Shown: in pieces, positions 52,769 through 63,542 of the stretch
Layout: each line of letters begins with the position of its first letter
How positions within the stretch are numbered: position 1 is the first letter of the stretch
NCBI GenBank assembly: GCA_963834915.1
Contig: CAWIDI010000003.1
Location: 259,174 to 323,173, forward strand
Direction of reading: 5' to 3'
Length of the DNA stretch: 64,000 nucleotides
Origin: an uncultured Chloroflexia bacterium
GTDB lineage: Bacteria > Chloroflexota > Limnocylindria > Limnocylindrales > CSP1-4
The notes under the pieces: model-generated
The model's database searches: none
Seen by the model: the letters and a program-made list of their open reading frames with translations, nothing else
What the model was told of the DNA's origin: nothing
Translations under genes and position numbers: made by a program

Positions 52769-53326
52769 TCACGGAAAGACCGAGCTGGGAGCGAGGTCAG
52801 CCGGATGTCCGGACCATCCTTCGAGGATGACTTTCAACAAGGGTTCCGTGTCGAGGTAATAGAACTGACTCGCTCGTCCGAGTCGTCCCCCCATCAGCAC
52901 ACCCACGCCCGACCCGGCGAACAGGTCCCGCAAGGCGGCGGCCTTCTGATCGAGTGCCTTGACCTCGTCGTCTGTGGCTTCCCGCAACGGGCCGTCAGAT
53001 GCGGGTGGAAGGGAATAGTCCTCCGAGTCCAGCATCAAGTGGTGGAACCCCTCGCCGTGGGTCTCGAGCCACTCCTTGTAGATGCTGGGGCCCTCGCCGG
53101 GTTGGAGCAGCTCGAACCAGACCGGTCCGACCTGCGTCTCGGCCCCAAGCATCGTGAATTCGGCCGGCTCCCCGTGCAGTTCTGTCTCGTTCAGCCACGG
53201 ACGGCGGTACTCGTAGACATTCCAGGGGCCCCATCCCAGGAGTTCGTGGTACTTCTCCATCGTTGCTCGCAGGTCCTTAACGACGAGCGCGACCTGCACG
53301 ATCTTGAACGGTTGCTTCGTAGTCAC
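52769..53326 (-). CDS. VOC family protein (methylmalonyl-CoA epimerase/glyoxalase-like)
   Basis: QVALVVKDL, FELLQP, HGEGFHHL and YLDT...ILE motifs. Confidence 0.82.
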   Translation of the reverse strand: MTTKQPFKIVQVALVVKDLRATMEKYHELLGWGPWNVYEYRRPWLNETELHGEPAEFTMLGAETQVGPVWFELLQPGEGPSIYKEWLETHGEGFHHLMLDSEDYSLPPASDGPLREATDDEVKALDQKAAALRDLFAGSGVGVLMGGRLGRASQFYYLDTEPLLKVILEGWSGHPADLAPSSVFP

Positions 53327-53363
53327 AGCCGCTGCTCCCATCCAGGAATGTGGCCCCACGCAG

Positions 53364-53412
53364 AGGTGGACCGGTCAACCAGAACATAGCAATTGGTTTC
53401 TCTGGTCGTCAA
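53364..53412 (-). promoter_or_regulatory. Sigma70-like promoter plus FadR-type operator
   Basis: TTGACG-N18-TATGTT followed by TGGTTGACCGGTCCACCT. Confidence 0.7.
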
Positions 53413-53459
53413 GCGATTCGGGGACTAGCCCGGCTGATCGCCCTGCTGACCGTCAGGCC

Positions 53460-54779
53460 CTATTCGGTCCGCTCGATCACGAGCACCCAGTCCTGTGCCG
53501 ACGGCGGGACGAACTCGGCCTCCGCGGTCGTGGCACGGTCGTCTGCGGGCACGTCCTTGCCCGTGAGCGGATCGAACCAGGTGACCGAGACTCGTTGTCC
53601 GGCCATCTGACTGAGATCCAGGGTGATCGGCCGCGACATCGGCACGTAGACCATCGCCAGGCGTCCGTCAGGCGTTCGCGCCGCGCTCGCGAAATCCAGG
53701 CCGCGCAGCTCCCCGACTCCGGATGTGATGAACGGCGCGTGCGAGTCATCTCGCCACGGGACGTACTCGTCGCCACGGCTCAGGTCGGGGACGAGCTCCC
53801 ACCAGGCATGGCGGGCGAACAACGCATGCAAATGCATCTGTGCCACCCGTCCCGGCGAGTCGAGCATGGCCTGCCAGCCCGGTGCGAAGTTCCACATCCC
53901 ACGAGTGCCCATGAATTGTCCGGCGGCCCCGCACAAGATCGACCAATACGCTTGGCGCCTGATCTGGAGGTCGCTCGCGTTGTGGTCGTACTCGTACGTA
54001 GACTCGATCATGATGTTCGGCCGAGCCGGCGGGCGAAGGTAGTGCCGCAGGAGCGAGGCATGGACGATGTGGTAGGAATACGTGAAGTCGATCTCGAGCC
54101 ACGGATCGGCCGGGTACTGCTCGAACGGCGATGACTCAGGCAGGACGTGCGCACTGAATAGGTGCTTGTCGTCGACCTCGCCGATCCCGGCCGCCATCGC
54201 CCGGACATGCTCAAGCGCCGCCCCCGGATCCCGGTCCCCACCCATCGTCCAGACGATGTTCGAGAAGCGACCGAATCGCTCTCCCACGTAGCGGCCGTAC
54301 GAACGACATCCGTCGATCCCGTTGGCCAGGACCTCCGCGTTCCATCCGTCCGGCAAGTCATAGCCGTATTGCGGTCCGTACCCGTGGGGTTCCGGATAGC
54401 CGAGATAGGAAGGCACCAAGAAGACGACGATGCCGCGCTTCTCCGCCTCTCCGATGACCCAGTCCACGTGGGCCATGTACGCCTCATTCGGGGTCGCGAA
54501 GTCTCCCGCGACAAGGAATGGCTCATCGCCGTAGAGGTTCCGAGGCGGATCTGGCGCGAAGTACTTCTCGATCACGCTGACGATGATCGCGTTGAAGCCC
54601 TTGGCAGCGTCGTCATCGAGATACCGGATCGCGTCCTCTCGCCTGGTCGCAGCCACCAGAGACCACGCCGCATCACCCTGGATGAGGACGGGCCTACCGT
54701 CGGCGTCGACGAAGTACCGCCTTGTCGGACCGATACTCAGCGGAAAGGTCGGCGGCTGGCTCGTCTGCGAACTTGGCAT
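53460..54779 (-). CDS. DUF4038/GH140 (apiosidase-like) glycoside hydrolase with C-terminal beta domain, no signal peptide
   Basis: GDAAW, KGFNAI, NIVWTMGGD, ESTYE, IRRQAYWS and WFDP...DWVLV motifs. Start ATG 54779 with GGAGG SD. Confidence 0.75.
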   Translation of the reverse strand: MPSSQTSQPPTFPLSIGPTRRYFVDADGRPVLIQGDAAWSLVAATRREDAIRYLDDDAAKGFNAIIVSVIEKYFAPDPPRNLYGDEPFLVAGDFATPNEAYMAHVDWVIGEAEKRGIVVFLVPSYLGYPEPHGYGPQYGYDLPDGWNAEVLANGIDGCRSYGRYVGERFGRFSNIVWTMGGDRDPGAALEHVRAMAAGIGEVDDKHLFSAHVLPESSPFEQYPADPWLEIDFTYSYHIVHASLLRHYLRPPARPNIMIESTYEYDHNASDLQIRRQAYWSILCGAAGQFMGTRGMWNFAPGWQAMLDSPGRVAQMHLHALFARHAWWELVPDLSRGDEYVPWRDDSHAPFITSGVGELRGLDFASAARTPDGRLAMVYVPMSRPITLDLSQMAGQRVSVTWFDPLTGKDVPADDRATTAEAEFVPPSAQDWVLVIERTE

Positions 54780-54820
54780 CCATGACCTCCGACGGGCTGA
54801 CGTGCGGCGTCCATCGCCAC

Positions 54821-54871
54821 TGGTTGACCAGTCAGCCACTGACACTACTGGAGGGTCGGCAGCGATGTCAA
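54821..54871 (-). promoter_or_regulatory. Sigma70-like promoter plus FadR-type operator
   Basis: Minus-strand TTGACA-N18-TAGTGT, then operator (plus strand TGGTTGACCAGTCAGCCA, 54821-54838). Confidence 0.7.
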
Positions 54872-55033
54872 CGTGCGCTGTCTCAGATCGTTGTTGACAA
54901 CGTTCGAACTTCCTCCGATACCTGCCATGGCCTAGCAACACATAAGGCCACCTTCACCGTGTGGCAAGGCGAAGGAACTTGACCTCACGGTGCGGATGTC
55001 GGACGCTGCCGCCTCAGTCCGCGGAGACTTTCG

Positions 55034-55086
55034 TTGACATGCCCCCAGCGAAAGCCATACATTCGTACTGGTTGACCGGTCTGGCA
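55034..55086 (+). promoter_or_regulatory. Sigma70-like promoter plus FadR-type operator
   Basis: TTGACA-N18-TACATT, then TGGTTGACCGGTCTGGCA (55069-55086). Confidence 0.7.
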
Positions 55087-55172
55087 CCGTTGTCAGCTCG
55101 GAACAGGCAGTTCCACCGTGGTCCGAGCCGCGAGCTCGGCCGTCGAGACATCGGGCGATCGAGGAGGACGAC

Positions 55173-56867
55173 ATGACTGAGCTCGCGTCGGGATCGGCGT
55201 TCCCTGTCTTGGGTCGACTAGCTGGACGCCGACTGATGCAACGGACGGCCCTGCTCGTGGCGATGCTTGCGGTAGCCGGGTGCGGGTCGACGACATCGTC
55301 GGGCGCGCCGAGTGGCGCGGTCGCGCCGTCGGCCCCACAAGCCTCGGCCAGCGCGGCCGGCTCCGGCGTGCCGGTCGCGGGCACGTGCCAGCCGGGTGGG
55401 ACGTTAGTGATGGCCCGCGACCAGGAACCCGACACCCTGAATCCCCTGACCGGAACGTCCAACAACGGGACCATCTTCGCGAATATGCAGGTCTTCGAGC
55501 GGCTCGTCGAGCAGACTCCTGCTAGTCGCGATCCACAGCCTGGCCTAGCCAGTTCGTGGGAGGCGGCCCCGGACGGTCTGAGCTACACGTTCCACTTGCG
55601 CCCGAGCACGTTCTCGGACGGCAACCCGGTCACTGCTGAGGACGTGAAGTTCTCGCTGGGCCGCTTCATGGACCAGGAGATCAATCTCGCCGCCGGCTTC
55701 CTGGCGGTGAACATGAAGGATGTCGTGGTCGTCGATCCGTCGACGGTCCGCGTCGACATGAAGCAAGTCGACGGTTCCATCCTCGCGGCGCTGACGCTCA
55801 TGGAGGCGTCGATCCTGCCGGAGAAGGTCGTCACCGCACTCGGTGACGAAAAGTTCGGCGAAGCGCCGGTCGGCTCGGGACCGTTCATGGTCAAGCAGTG
55901 GACGCCGGGCCAGAGCCTCGAGCTCGTTCGAAATCCTCACTACGCCGTTGAAGGCAAGCCGTACCTCGACGGCGTGACGTTCCTGCTCGTGAAGGACGAC
56001 AACGCTCGGATCCTCAAGGCGCAGTCGGGAGAAGCGCAGATCGTGCAGTCGATCCCGATCTCTCAGTCGGCCACGATCCAGAATCTGGATGGCTGGAACT
56101 TGCTCAGCGAACCGATCCTGGCTCAGGACAATGTCTGGCTCAACCATTCGTGGGATGAGAACGGGAGCAAGCCGCTAGGTGACAAGCTGGTTCGACAGGC
56201 CCTGAATCTGGCCACGCCGAAGGACGACATCAACAAGCTCGTCTTCGGTGGCCTGGCATCGATCTCGAATACCGGAACGACGATCACGCAGTTCTGGGAC
56301 AAGGACATCCCGCCGTACGCGTACGACGTCGAGAAGGCCAAGCAACTCATGGCACAATCGTCCGCACCCAACGGCTTCACTCTTCCGATGTTGATCCCGG
56401 CCGGTGACGGGGTGGCCCAGCAGACCGCAGAACTCCTCCAGCCAGCGTGGGCCCAGATCGGCGTCACCGTCGATATCCAGCCCGTGGATGAGGCGGTCAT
56501 CTCTGACCGCACACGCGATCTGGACTACGGGGCGGCGATCCGCCCGGCGACCCAGGTCACCAGCGACACTCTGGACGACAGTGAACTGGCCTCGATCATG
56601 TACGACTGGGGCACGGACTGGAAGAGCTTCTTCTCGGACTACAAGTCGGACGAGGCATCCAAGCTTGTGCATGATGCCGTCGCCACGACCGACCTCGACG
56701 AACGCCGAGCGTTGTACTCGAAGCTGCAGAAGTTGACCTTGGAGGATGCGATCTCGGTGCCGCTGGTGATCCCGCCCGCCGTGACCGCCGTCGCTGACAA
56801 CGTCCAGGGATTCAAGACTCTGCCGGCGGGCTGGTGGCTCCTGCAAGACGTGTGCCTTACCAAGTGA
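55173..56867 (+). CDS. ABC transporter substrate-binding lipoprotein (Dpp/Opp family 5)
   Basis: Lipobox VAGC; PGLASSWE, FSDGNPVTAEDVKFS, PVGSGPF and VRQALN motifs. Confidence 0.9.
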   Translation: MTELASGSAFPVLGRLAGRRLMQRTALLVAMLAVAGCGSTTSSGAPSGAVAPSAPQASASAAGSGVPVAGTCQPGGTLVMARDQEPDTLNPLTGTSNNGTIFANMQVFERLVEQTPASRDPQPGLASSWEAAPDGLSYTFHLRPSTFSDGNPVTAEDVKFSLGRFMDQEINLAAGFLAVNMKDVVVVDPSTVRVDMKQVDGSILAALTLMEASILPEKVVTALGDEKFGEAPVGSGPFMVKQWTPGQSLELVRNPHYAVEGKPYLDGVTFLLVKDDNARILKAQSGEAQIVQSIPISQSATIQNLDGWNLLSEPILAQDNVWLNHSWDENGSKPLGDKLVRQALNLATPKDDINKLVFGGLASISNTGTTITQFWDKDIPPYAYDVEKAKQLMAQSSAPNGFTLPMLIPAGDGVAQQTAELLQPAWAQIGVTVDIQPVDEAVISDRTRDLDYGAAIRPATQVTSDTLDDSELASIMYDWGTDWKSFFSDYKSDEASKLVHDAVATTDLDERRALYSKLQKLTLEDAISVPLVIPPAVTAVADNVQGFKTLPAGWWLLQDVCLTK

Positions 56868-56925
56868 GCAACGTGAGGCTCGTGTGCCGCTGCCATCTCG
56901 GCCGCCACTCCCGTGAGCCTCATCG

Positions 56926-57858
56926 ATGATCAGGTACCTGGCACTGCGCGTCCTTCAGGCAGTGCCAGTCCTGATCGGGATCAGCATCATCTCGTTCATC
57001 CTCATCCGGCTGGTGCCCGGGGATCCGATCCTTACGATGCTCGGGCCCCGGGCCTCAGAGGCATCGATCGCCATCCTGCGCGCGAGATATGGCCTCGACC
57101 AGCCCCTGCCGGTCCAGTACATCGGCTTTCTGGGCGGCGTCGCCCAGCTTGACCTTGGCGACTCGATGGCGCTCCATCGACCAGTCGCCTGGTTGATCGC
57201 GACGCGTGCCGGGCCGACCTTCCTTCTCATCTTCTACGCGACCACGATCTCCTTCCTGGTCGCCCTTCCGTTGGCCGTGTACTCCGCAGTCAAGGCCAAT
57301 CGGCTGCCGGATCAGACGATCCGGGTCGTCATGATGGTCACCTTCGCGATGCCCGCCTTCTGGCTCGGGCTGATCTTGATCCTGGTGTTCAGCCTGAAGC
57401 TGCACTGGTTCCCGGCATCCGGTCTTGGCGAAGGTGTCCTGCCGTTGATCTGGAGCTTGACGCTGCCGGCGATCACGATCGGGCTCTATCTCGCCCCGGT
57501 GCTCATCCGCACGCTTCGCTCGAGCATGATCGAAAGCCTCAACGCCGACCACGTCGAGGCCGCGCGCGCGCGCGGGTTGTCCGAGGGTGTGATCCTGCGT
57601 CGCCACGTGCTTCGGACCTCGTTGATCGCAACGGTCACTATCGTCGGGGTCAATCTTGGGTTCCTGATCAGTGGCTCGGTCGTGGTCGAGAACGTCTTCG
57701 CCATCCCTGGCTTGGGCAGTCTGCTCGTGAACGCGGTGAGCACAAGAGACTTCCCCTTGATCCAGGGGATCGCCCTGTTTCTCGGTGTCGCGGTGGTCGC
57801 TCTCAGTCTGGCAACGGACCTGGTCAACGTCATGATCGATCCGAGGATCCGGAGTTGA
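56926..57858 (+). CDS. ABC permease, DppB-like
   Basis: PGDP, GLDQPLPVQY, ARARGL, VVENVFAIPGLG and RDFP motifs. Confidence 0.9.
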   Translation: MIRYLALRVLQAVPVLIGISIISFILIRLVPGDPILTMLGPRASEASIAILRARYGLDQPLPVQYIGFLGGVAQLDLGDSMALHRPVAWLIATRAGPTFLLIFYATTISFLVALPLAVYSAVKANRLPDQTIRVVMMVTFAMPAFWLGLILILVFSLKLHWFPASGLGEGVLPLIWSLTLPAITIGLYLAPVLIRTLRSSMIESLNADHVEAARARGLSEGVILRRHVLRTSLIATVTIVGVNLGFLISGSVVVENVFAIPGLGSLLVNAVSTRDFPLIQGIALFLGVAVVALSLATDLVNVMIDPRIRS

Positions 57859-58745
57859 ACGCTGGCGAGGCGACCCCCGGGCTCGACCACTTGGGGCTCG
57901 AGGCACCGCTCGCCACCGCGGGCGGGAGTCGGTTCGCGGAGGCAGGACTATGGGTCGGGCTCGCAATCGTCCTTGGCATCGCTGGGCTCAGCGTCGCGGC
58001 GCCCGTCCTTCCGATCCCGGATCCGAACGCGATCGACGTCGGGGCCGCCCTGATGCCACCGTCATTGAGCCACCTGTTCGGGACTGACAATCTCGGACGG
58101 GACATGTTTGCCCGCGTCGTCTACGGCGCACAGATCGACCTGCTCCTCGGGGTCGTCACGACCTACGTTTCACTCATCATCGGTGTGTCGGTGGGCGCCT
58201 TTGCCGGCTACTTCGGTGGCAAGCGCGACACCATCCTGATGCGTCTCGTCGACACCCTGATCGCGTTTCCGTTCATCGTGCTCGTGCTGGCGATCGTCGG
58301 TCTGGTGGGGCCTGGGCTGATCGGTGTCTACATTGGGATCATCATCGTGAGTTGGACCGTCTATGCACGCATCACGTACTCGGAGATGCTCGTTCTTCGC
58401 GAACGCCAGTTCATCCTCGCTGCCCAGACCCTCGGCTTCAGCGACGCGCGCGTGATCTTCCGGCATGCGATCCCGAACGCGCTCCGGCCAAACATCATCT
58501 TCTCGCTTTCCGACGTCGTCCTGAACATCCTGGCGCTGGCGGCCCTTTCCTACCTGGGTGTCGGCGTCAAGCCTCCGACGCCGGAACTCGGCGCCCTGAT
58601 CGCCGGCGGGCAGCAGTACCTCTTGACGGCGTGGTGGATCGCCACCTTGCCGGGTCTCGTGATCGTCGTGATCGGAATCGGATTCGTGCTCCTGGGCGAA
58701 GGCGTCGCCGACCGCTTCAGTTCACACCAGGTTTCAAAAGCATGA
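57855..58745 (+). CDS. ABC permease, DppC-like
   Basis: HLFGTDNLGRD, RHAIPN and LSYLGVG motifs. Confidence 0.9.
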   Translation: MNAGEATPGLDHLGLEAPLATAGGSRFAEAGLWVGLAIVLGIAGLSVAAPVLPIPDPNAIDVGAALMPPSLSHLFGTDNLGRDMFARVVYGAQIDLLLGVVTTYVSLIIGVSVGAFAGYFGGKRDTILMRLVDTLIAFPFIVLVLAIVGLVGPGLIGVYIGIIIVSWTVYARITYSEMLVLRERQFILAAQTLGFSDARVIFRHAIPNALRPNIIFSLSDVVLNILALAALSYLGVGVKPPTPELGALIAGGQQYLLTAWWIATLPGLVIVVIGIGFVLLGEGVADRFSSHQVSKA

Positions 58746-59752
58746 ATCAGGTCGCAGAACGGCTCGGGTCCGACGCGTCGCCGAGCAGGGCCCTGCTCGA
58801 GGTGGCCGGCCTCACGGTCGCGTTCCCGACGCCGCGGGGGATGATCTATCCGGCGAAGGACGTTTCATTCCGAGTCGATCCCGGACAGACGGTCGGGCTA
58901 GTCGGCGAATCCGGTTCGGGAAAGAGCGTCACGCTCCGAGCCATCCTCGGGCTGGTGCCGAAGCCTGGGCGTATCGTCCGTGGCCGGGTGATGCTCGACG
59001 GACGCGACCTCGTCGCGGCTGGTGAAGCCGTCCTGCGTGGTGTGCGCGGTACCGAGATCGCGATGATCTTCCAGGATCCGATGGCGAGCCTCAATCCTGT
59101 GCTATCGATCGGGGACCAGCTGTCAGAGACTCTCCGCATGAAGCTTGGTCTCAGCAAACGTGACGCGATGTCCCGCGCGGAGGAGTTGCTCAACCGCGTT
59201 GGCATCAGTCCGGCCAGGCGGCGATTGAAGGCGTACCCGCATCAGTTGAGTGGTGGCATGGCCCAGCGGGTCATGATCGCGCTCGCCATCGCTGGGAATC
59301 CGAAGGTCCTGCTTGCAGACGAACCCACCACCGCCCTCGACGTCAGCGTCCAGGACCAGGTCCTGTCCTTGCTTGAGGAACTTCGTCTGGAATCGGGGAT
59401 GAGCATGATCATCGTGTCGCACGACATGGGCGTCATCGCACGGTCGTGCGATTCGGTCGCCGTGATGTATGGCGGCAGCCTCCTCGAACGGGGCAGCGTC
59501 GATGAGGTTCTGCGCGAACCGAGGCATCCGTACACGAGGATGCTCCTTGGCGCCATCCCCGCGCTCAGACCGAACGTCGAGCGTCGCCAGCTGGCATCGA
59601 TCGCAGGGCAGTTGCCGGATCTCGCGAGCTTGACAGGTGGTTGCCCGTTCGCGGCTCGCTGCGCGTTCGTTCGGGATGACTGCTCTCGGATCCCGGTCAT
59701 GCTTGATGCCGAAGCCGGTGCGCACGGCTCGGCCTGCCCGTTCGTCGGATGA
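58742..59752 (+). CDS. ABC ATPase, DppD-like
   Basis: GESGSGKS, LSGGMAQR, ADEPTTALD and GCPFAARC motifs. Confidence 0.92.
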   Translation: MNQVAERLGSDASPSRALLEVAGLTVAFPTPRGMIYPAKDVSFRVDPGQTVGLVGESGSGKSVTLRAILGLVPKPGRIVRGRVMLDGRDLVAAGEAVLRGVRGTEIAMIFQDPMASLNPVLSIGDQLSETLRMKLGLSKRDAMSRAEELLNRVGISPARRRLKAYPHQLSGGMAQRVMIALAIAGNPKVLLADEPTTALDVSVQDQVLSLLEELRLESGMSMIIVSHDMGVIARSCDSVAVMYGGSLLERGSVDEVLREPRHPYTRMLLGAIPALRPNVERRQLASIAGQLPDLASLTGGCPFAARCAFVRDDCSRIPVMLDAEAGAHGSACPFVG

Positions 59753-60843
59753 CCGGCATGGATAACCTCCTGACCCTCGACGGCGTCATGAAGTCGTTCG
59801 CCACCGGAAGGAGCAGCCGCTCGAGCTCTGGCGGTCACCGACGGATCGTCGCCCTCGACGGGGTCAGCCTGGCCGTCAGCAAGCGGGAAGTCCTGGGACT
59901 CGTCGGCGAGTCGGGAAGCGGCAAGTCGACCCTTGCTCGCTGCGTGGTCCGTCTCGTGGAGCCCGACGCGGGCTCCATCCAGTTCGACGGTCAGGACGTC
60001 CTGCGGGCGGATTCCCGTTCGCTTCGCGTGATCCGCCGCCGGATGCAGTTGATCTACCAGGATCCGTACTCGTCGTTAAATCCAAGGCTACGCGTGGGGG
60101 ACGCGATCGCCGAAGCGGCCCGTGTCCACCGACTCGTCCATGGCCGCGACGAGGAGGACGCCCTCGTGGCGGAGTTGCTCGATGCCGTCGGCCTGTCCGG
60201 CACCGACGCGCGTCGCTACCCAAGGGAGATGTCCGGCGGTCAGCGACAGCGCGTCGCGATCGCCCGATCACTCGCAGTGAAGCCGGACATGCTGATCGCC
60301 GATGAGGCTGTCAGCGCACTGGATGTCTCGGTCCAGGCGCAGATCCTCAATCTCTTCTCGGCGCTTTCGTCCGATCGCCACCTCGCCATGATCTTCATTT
60401 CACATCAATTGGCGGTCATCGCCCAGTTGGCGCAACGGGTGGCGGTCATGTACTTGGGACGGATCGTCGAAGTGGGCGACACGTACGAGGTCTTCACGAA
60501 CCCCCAGCATCCGTACACGGCACTCCTGCTCGCGGCACATCCGACGGTCGAACAAACGCGCCATCGCAGCGCCCCGGTCCTGCAGGGGGAGATCCCGTCT
60601 CCTGATGCCATCCCGTCTGGGTGCCGGTTCCGGAGCCGGTGTCACCTCGCCCAGGCGATCTGCGAGACGGTCGATCCCCCGCCCGTCGACGTGGGCGATG
60701 GGCACATCTCGTGGTGTCATGTGGTGCCCCGGGCGCAAAGCGCCGATCGCGCGACGCCTGTGGGCGCCGGCTCGCTCCCGGCAGGGAGCAGCCCTGCGGA
60801 CCACGGGCATCCTGACCCGGGAATGTCAGAGGCCGCGCCGTGA
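59749..60843 (+). CDS. ABC ATPase, DppF-like
   Basis: GESGSGKST, MSGGQRQR, DEAVSALD and GCRFRSRC motifs. Confidence 0.92.
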   Translation: MTGMDNLLTLDGVMKSFATGRSSRSSSGGHRRIVALDGVSLAVSKREVLGLVGESGSGKSTLARCVVRLVEPDAGSIQFDGQDVLRADSRSLRVIRRRMQLIYQDPYSSLNPRLRVGDAIAEAARVHRLVHGRDEEDALVAELLDAVGLSGTDARRYPREMSGGQRQRVAIARSLAVKPDMLIADEAVSALDVSVQAQILNLFSALSSDRHLAMIFISHQLAVIAQLAQRVAVMYLGRIVEVGDTYEVFTNPQHPYTALLLAAHPTVEQTRHRSAPVLQGEIPSPDAIPSGCRFRSRCHLAQAICETVDPPPVDVGDGHISWCHVVPRAQSADRATPVGAGSLPAGSSPADHGHPDPGMSEAAP

Positions 60844-60916
60844 ACTGACGGATGGGTTCAGGAGGCCCTAGTCTCTCAACATCCTCCCGGACACGGGCCG
60901 ACGCATTGGGGGTGCC

Positions 60917-61669
60917 ATGACCGAGATCGACAATCTGGGCCCGCTCGGTCCCATCGCGAACTACCCACGCGACGCGCTTCCGGTCGAAGTCGCGAGGCGA
61001 ATCCTGACGTACCTCCTGGAGGGCCGTGTCGCACCAGGTCAATTGATCCCTTCCGAGCGCCAACTGGCCACCGCGCTTGGTGTCGGCCGGTCGATCGTCC
61101 GCGAGGCCCTGAAGTCCCTGACCCTGCTCGGCATCATCGAGGTGCGTCCAGGGATCGGGACCTTCCTTCGACGGATGGACTCAGCCGTGCTCCCGCAATC
61201 GATCGAGTGGGGATTGATGCTCGGCCAGCCCGGAATCGCGGACATGGTCGAAGCGCGTCGCTATCTCGAGGTCATCCTCGCCGAGCTGGCGGCGGCCCGG
61301 CGGACCGACGCTGACGTCGATGCGCTGCGCGCGTTCGTCGAAGAGATGAACGCGTCAGCAGATGACCCCCCGCGATACGTGCAGGCCGACATCGACTTCC
61401 ACTTGCGGGTCGCGCGTGCGTCCGGCAATGCGTCACTTGCCGGTGTCATCAATAGCATCCGTTCACTCCTGCAGGTGTGGATCGCACGTGTCACGGATGA
61501 CGGCGGGGTCAACCTGGATTCACGGCGCGAGCACCAGGACATCCTCGATGCGATCGAGCGCGGCGATCCGTCAGCCGCTCGGGACGCGATGAAGACGCAC
61601 ATGGATGCGGCCTATGCCCGTCTCGGAGATACGCTCCCATTTGACATCGAGAAGCTCGCGCGCTCCTGA
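60917..61669 (+). CDS. GntR/FadR family regulator
   Basis: PSERQLA...VGRSIVREAL HTH; FCD domain (ADIDFH, SGN, EHQDI). Confidence 0.92.
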   Translation: MTEIDNLGPLGPIANYPRDALPVEVARRILTYLLEGRVAPGQLIPSERQLATALGVGRSIVREALKSLTLLGIIEVRPGIGTFLRRMDSAVLPQSIEWGLMLGQPGIADMVEARRYLEVILAELAAARRTDADVDALRAFVEEMNASADDPPRYVQADIDFHLRVARASGNASLAGVINSIRSLLQVWIARVTDDGGVNLDSRREHQDILDAIERGDPSAARDAMKTHMDAAYARLGDTLPFDIEKLARS

Positions 61670-61709
61670 CGGTCGCCCGATGTGGGGTCCATCGTCCACA
61701 TACGGCATC

Positions 61710-62672
61710 TCAGAAGATCGCGATCGGATTCCAGGGCGATCCCGTCCCTCCCGGTAGCCGGAGCGGGATGCCCACCACGAGGAATGCATACCGGCCCTCT
61801 TGTTCGCACACCTGACCAAGATCTTCGAGTTGCAGGCTGTCAGCGGCGAGCATCCCCATCGCTGCGATCTGCAGGGCATGGATGGGGTCGGCCAGCCCGT
61901 CTACCGTGCTCGGCACCGTCTCACCATCTCCGTCGGGCAGGAACGCAGCGATCCCGCGTTCATGCATCCACGGAATGGTGTCCACATGGAGACCGGCCTT
62001 GCCCTCGCCAGCCGGCAGATCGCCGTTGTCCCACGGGCCGAGGGCGAGTCGACGTGCGTGATGACCCGTGCGGAAGACCAGGATGTCCCCCTCGTCCAGG
62101 TGCACACCCTGCGCGATCTCGCACGCCTCCATCTCCGATCGTCCGACGGCCTCGCCCGGTTCGAGCCAGTCGACTCCGCGGAACCGCGGGATGTCGATGA
62201 GGACGCCTCTGCCGACGACCCCATGCGCGTAGCTCTCGATACCCTGGGTCGTCGCGCCTCGACTGTTCAGGACATCGCCCGCGGGCTTCCCGTTATACGT
62301 CATGCCGCGATACGCGACGTGACACAGGGCGTCGACATGGGTGTGGCAGTCCCCATGGCAGGCGATTCCGAGAAAGTCCATGGCGAACTGCGGGCTGACG
62401 GCGCTCGAGTCGACGTCATAGCCCTGGCTGACGAGGTGGATCGCTGGGTTCGCGTTGTCCGGACCGGCGACTGTATTGATCGGAATCGCCATCGACACCT
62501 GACGCCCGGATCGCACGAGCCCTGACGCGGCCCGGATGTGTTCCGGACGAATGAGGTTGAGTGTGCCCAGCTGGTCGTCAAGGCCCCAGCGACCCCAGTT
62601 CTTCACCGATTCGAACAGGGCATCGAATTCGGCGATCGACACGCGGCTCGACGGGCGTTGCTCGAAAGTCAT
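61710..62672 (-). CDS. Cyclase family (kynurenine formamidase-like) metal hydrolase
   Basis: NWGRWG, HGDCHTHVDALCH, GRGVLID, RTG and GGTGSP motifs. Confidence 0.85.
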   Translation of the reverse strand: MTFEQRPSSRVSIAEFDALFESVKNWGRWGLDDQLGTLNLIRPEHIRAASGLVRSGRQVSMAIPINTVAGPDNANPAIHLVSQGYDVDSSAVSPQFAMDFLGIACHGDCHTHVDALCHVAYRGMTYNGKPAGDVLNSRGATTQGIESYAHGVVGRGVLIDIPRFRGVDWLEPGEAVGRSEMEACEIAQGVHLDEGDILVFRTGHHARRLALGPWDNGDLPAGEGKAGLHVDTIPWMHERGIAAFLPDGDGETVPSTVDGLADPIHALQIAAMGMLAADSLQLEDLGQVCEQEGRYAFLVVGIPLRLPGGTGSPWNPIAIF

Positions 62673-62756
62673 CCTGTGGCCTCCCGACGATCGATGAAGC
62701 GCCCGGCCAGACCACGCGGCCAGAACCTTGTGGTTGGCCAGCGCCCCGGCATGACA

Positions 62757-63527
62757 CTACGTTGCGGCCATTCCTCCGTCGACCACGAGCGCCGCCCCGG
62801 TGACATACGACGCTTCATCGGATGACAGCCAAAGGATCGCGGCCGCGACTTCGTCCGCAGATCCCATCCGCTTGAGCGGGACCTGGGACACCCAGAAGTC
62901 ACGTGCCTCGACGTCCCGCGTCAACGGCTCGTTCATCGGGGTGTCGATGACGCCGGGGACGACCATGTTGACGCGGATGTTGGCCTTCGCGTAATCGATG
63001 GCCATGACGCGCATGAGGGCGAAGACACCGCCCTTGCTTGCACTGTAGCTCGGCTCCTCGGTGGCGACGCCAAGGAAGCCGAGGTTCGAACCCAGGCATA
63101 CGACGGACCCGCCTCCCGACCGGAGGAGTTGCCCGATGCCGTGCTTGCAGGCAAGGAATTGACCGGTGAGGTTGACGTCGAGGACGTGCTTCCAGGTGCG
63201 GAGGTCCAGCTCGTGCACGTGACCTTCCTCGATCTCGATGCCCGCGCTCGCGACGACGATGTCGAGGCCGCCCCAGCTCGCACCAACCTGGTCCACGAGG
63301 AGGCTGATCTGCGACTCATCGGATGCGTCCGCGGCGAACGCCAGGCACTCGCCTCCGAGCTTCTGGATCTCGGATGCAACGTGGTCGAGTCCATTCTGAT
63401 TTCGCGCAACGATCGCGACACGCGCACCTTCGGCGGCCAGACGGGTGGCCACGGCGCGACCGATGCCTTTGCTCCCCCCGGTGACGAGGGCTCGCCTGCC
63501 TTCGAACCGACGACCTGAACCAGACAT
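62757..63527 (-). CDS. SDR family oxidoreductase
   Basis: TGGSKGIG, VNL, YSASK and PGVIDTPM motifs. Confidence 0.92.
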   Translation of the reverse strand: MSGSGRRFEGRRALVTGGSKGIGRAVATRLAAEGARVAIVARNQNGLDHVASEIQKLGGECLAFAADASDESQISLLVDQVGASWGGLDIVVASAGIEIEEGHVHELDLRTWKHVLDVNLTGQFLACKHGIGQLLRSGGGSVVCLGSNLGFLGVATEEPSYSASKGGVFALMRVMAIDYAKANIRVNMVVPGVIDTPMNEPLTRDVEARDFWVSQVPLKRMGSADEVAAAILWLSSDEASYVTGAALVVDGGMAAT

Positions 63528-63542
63528 CGCCTACTCCTCGAC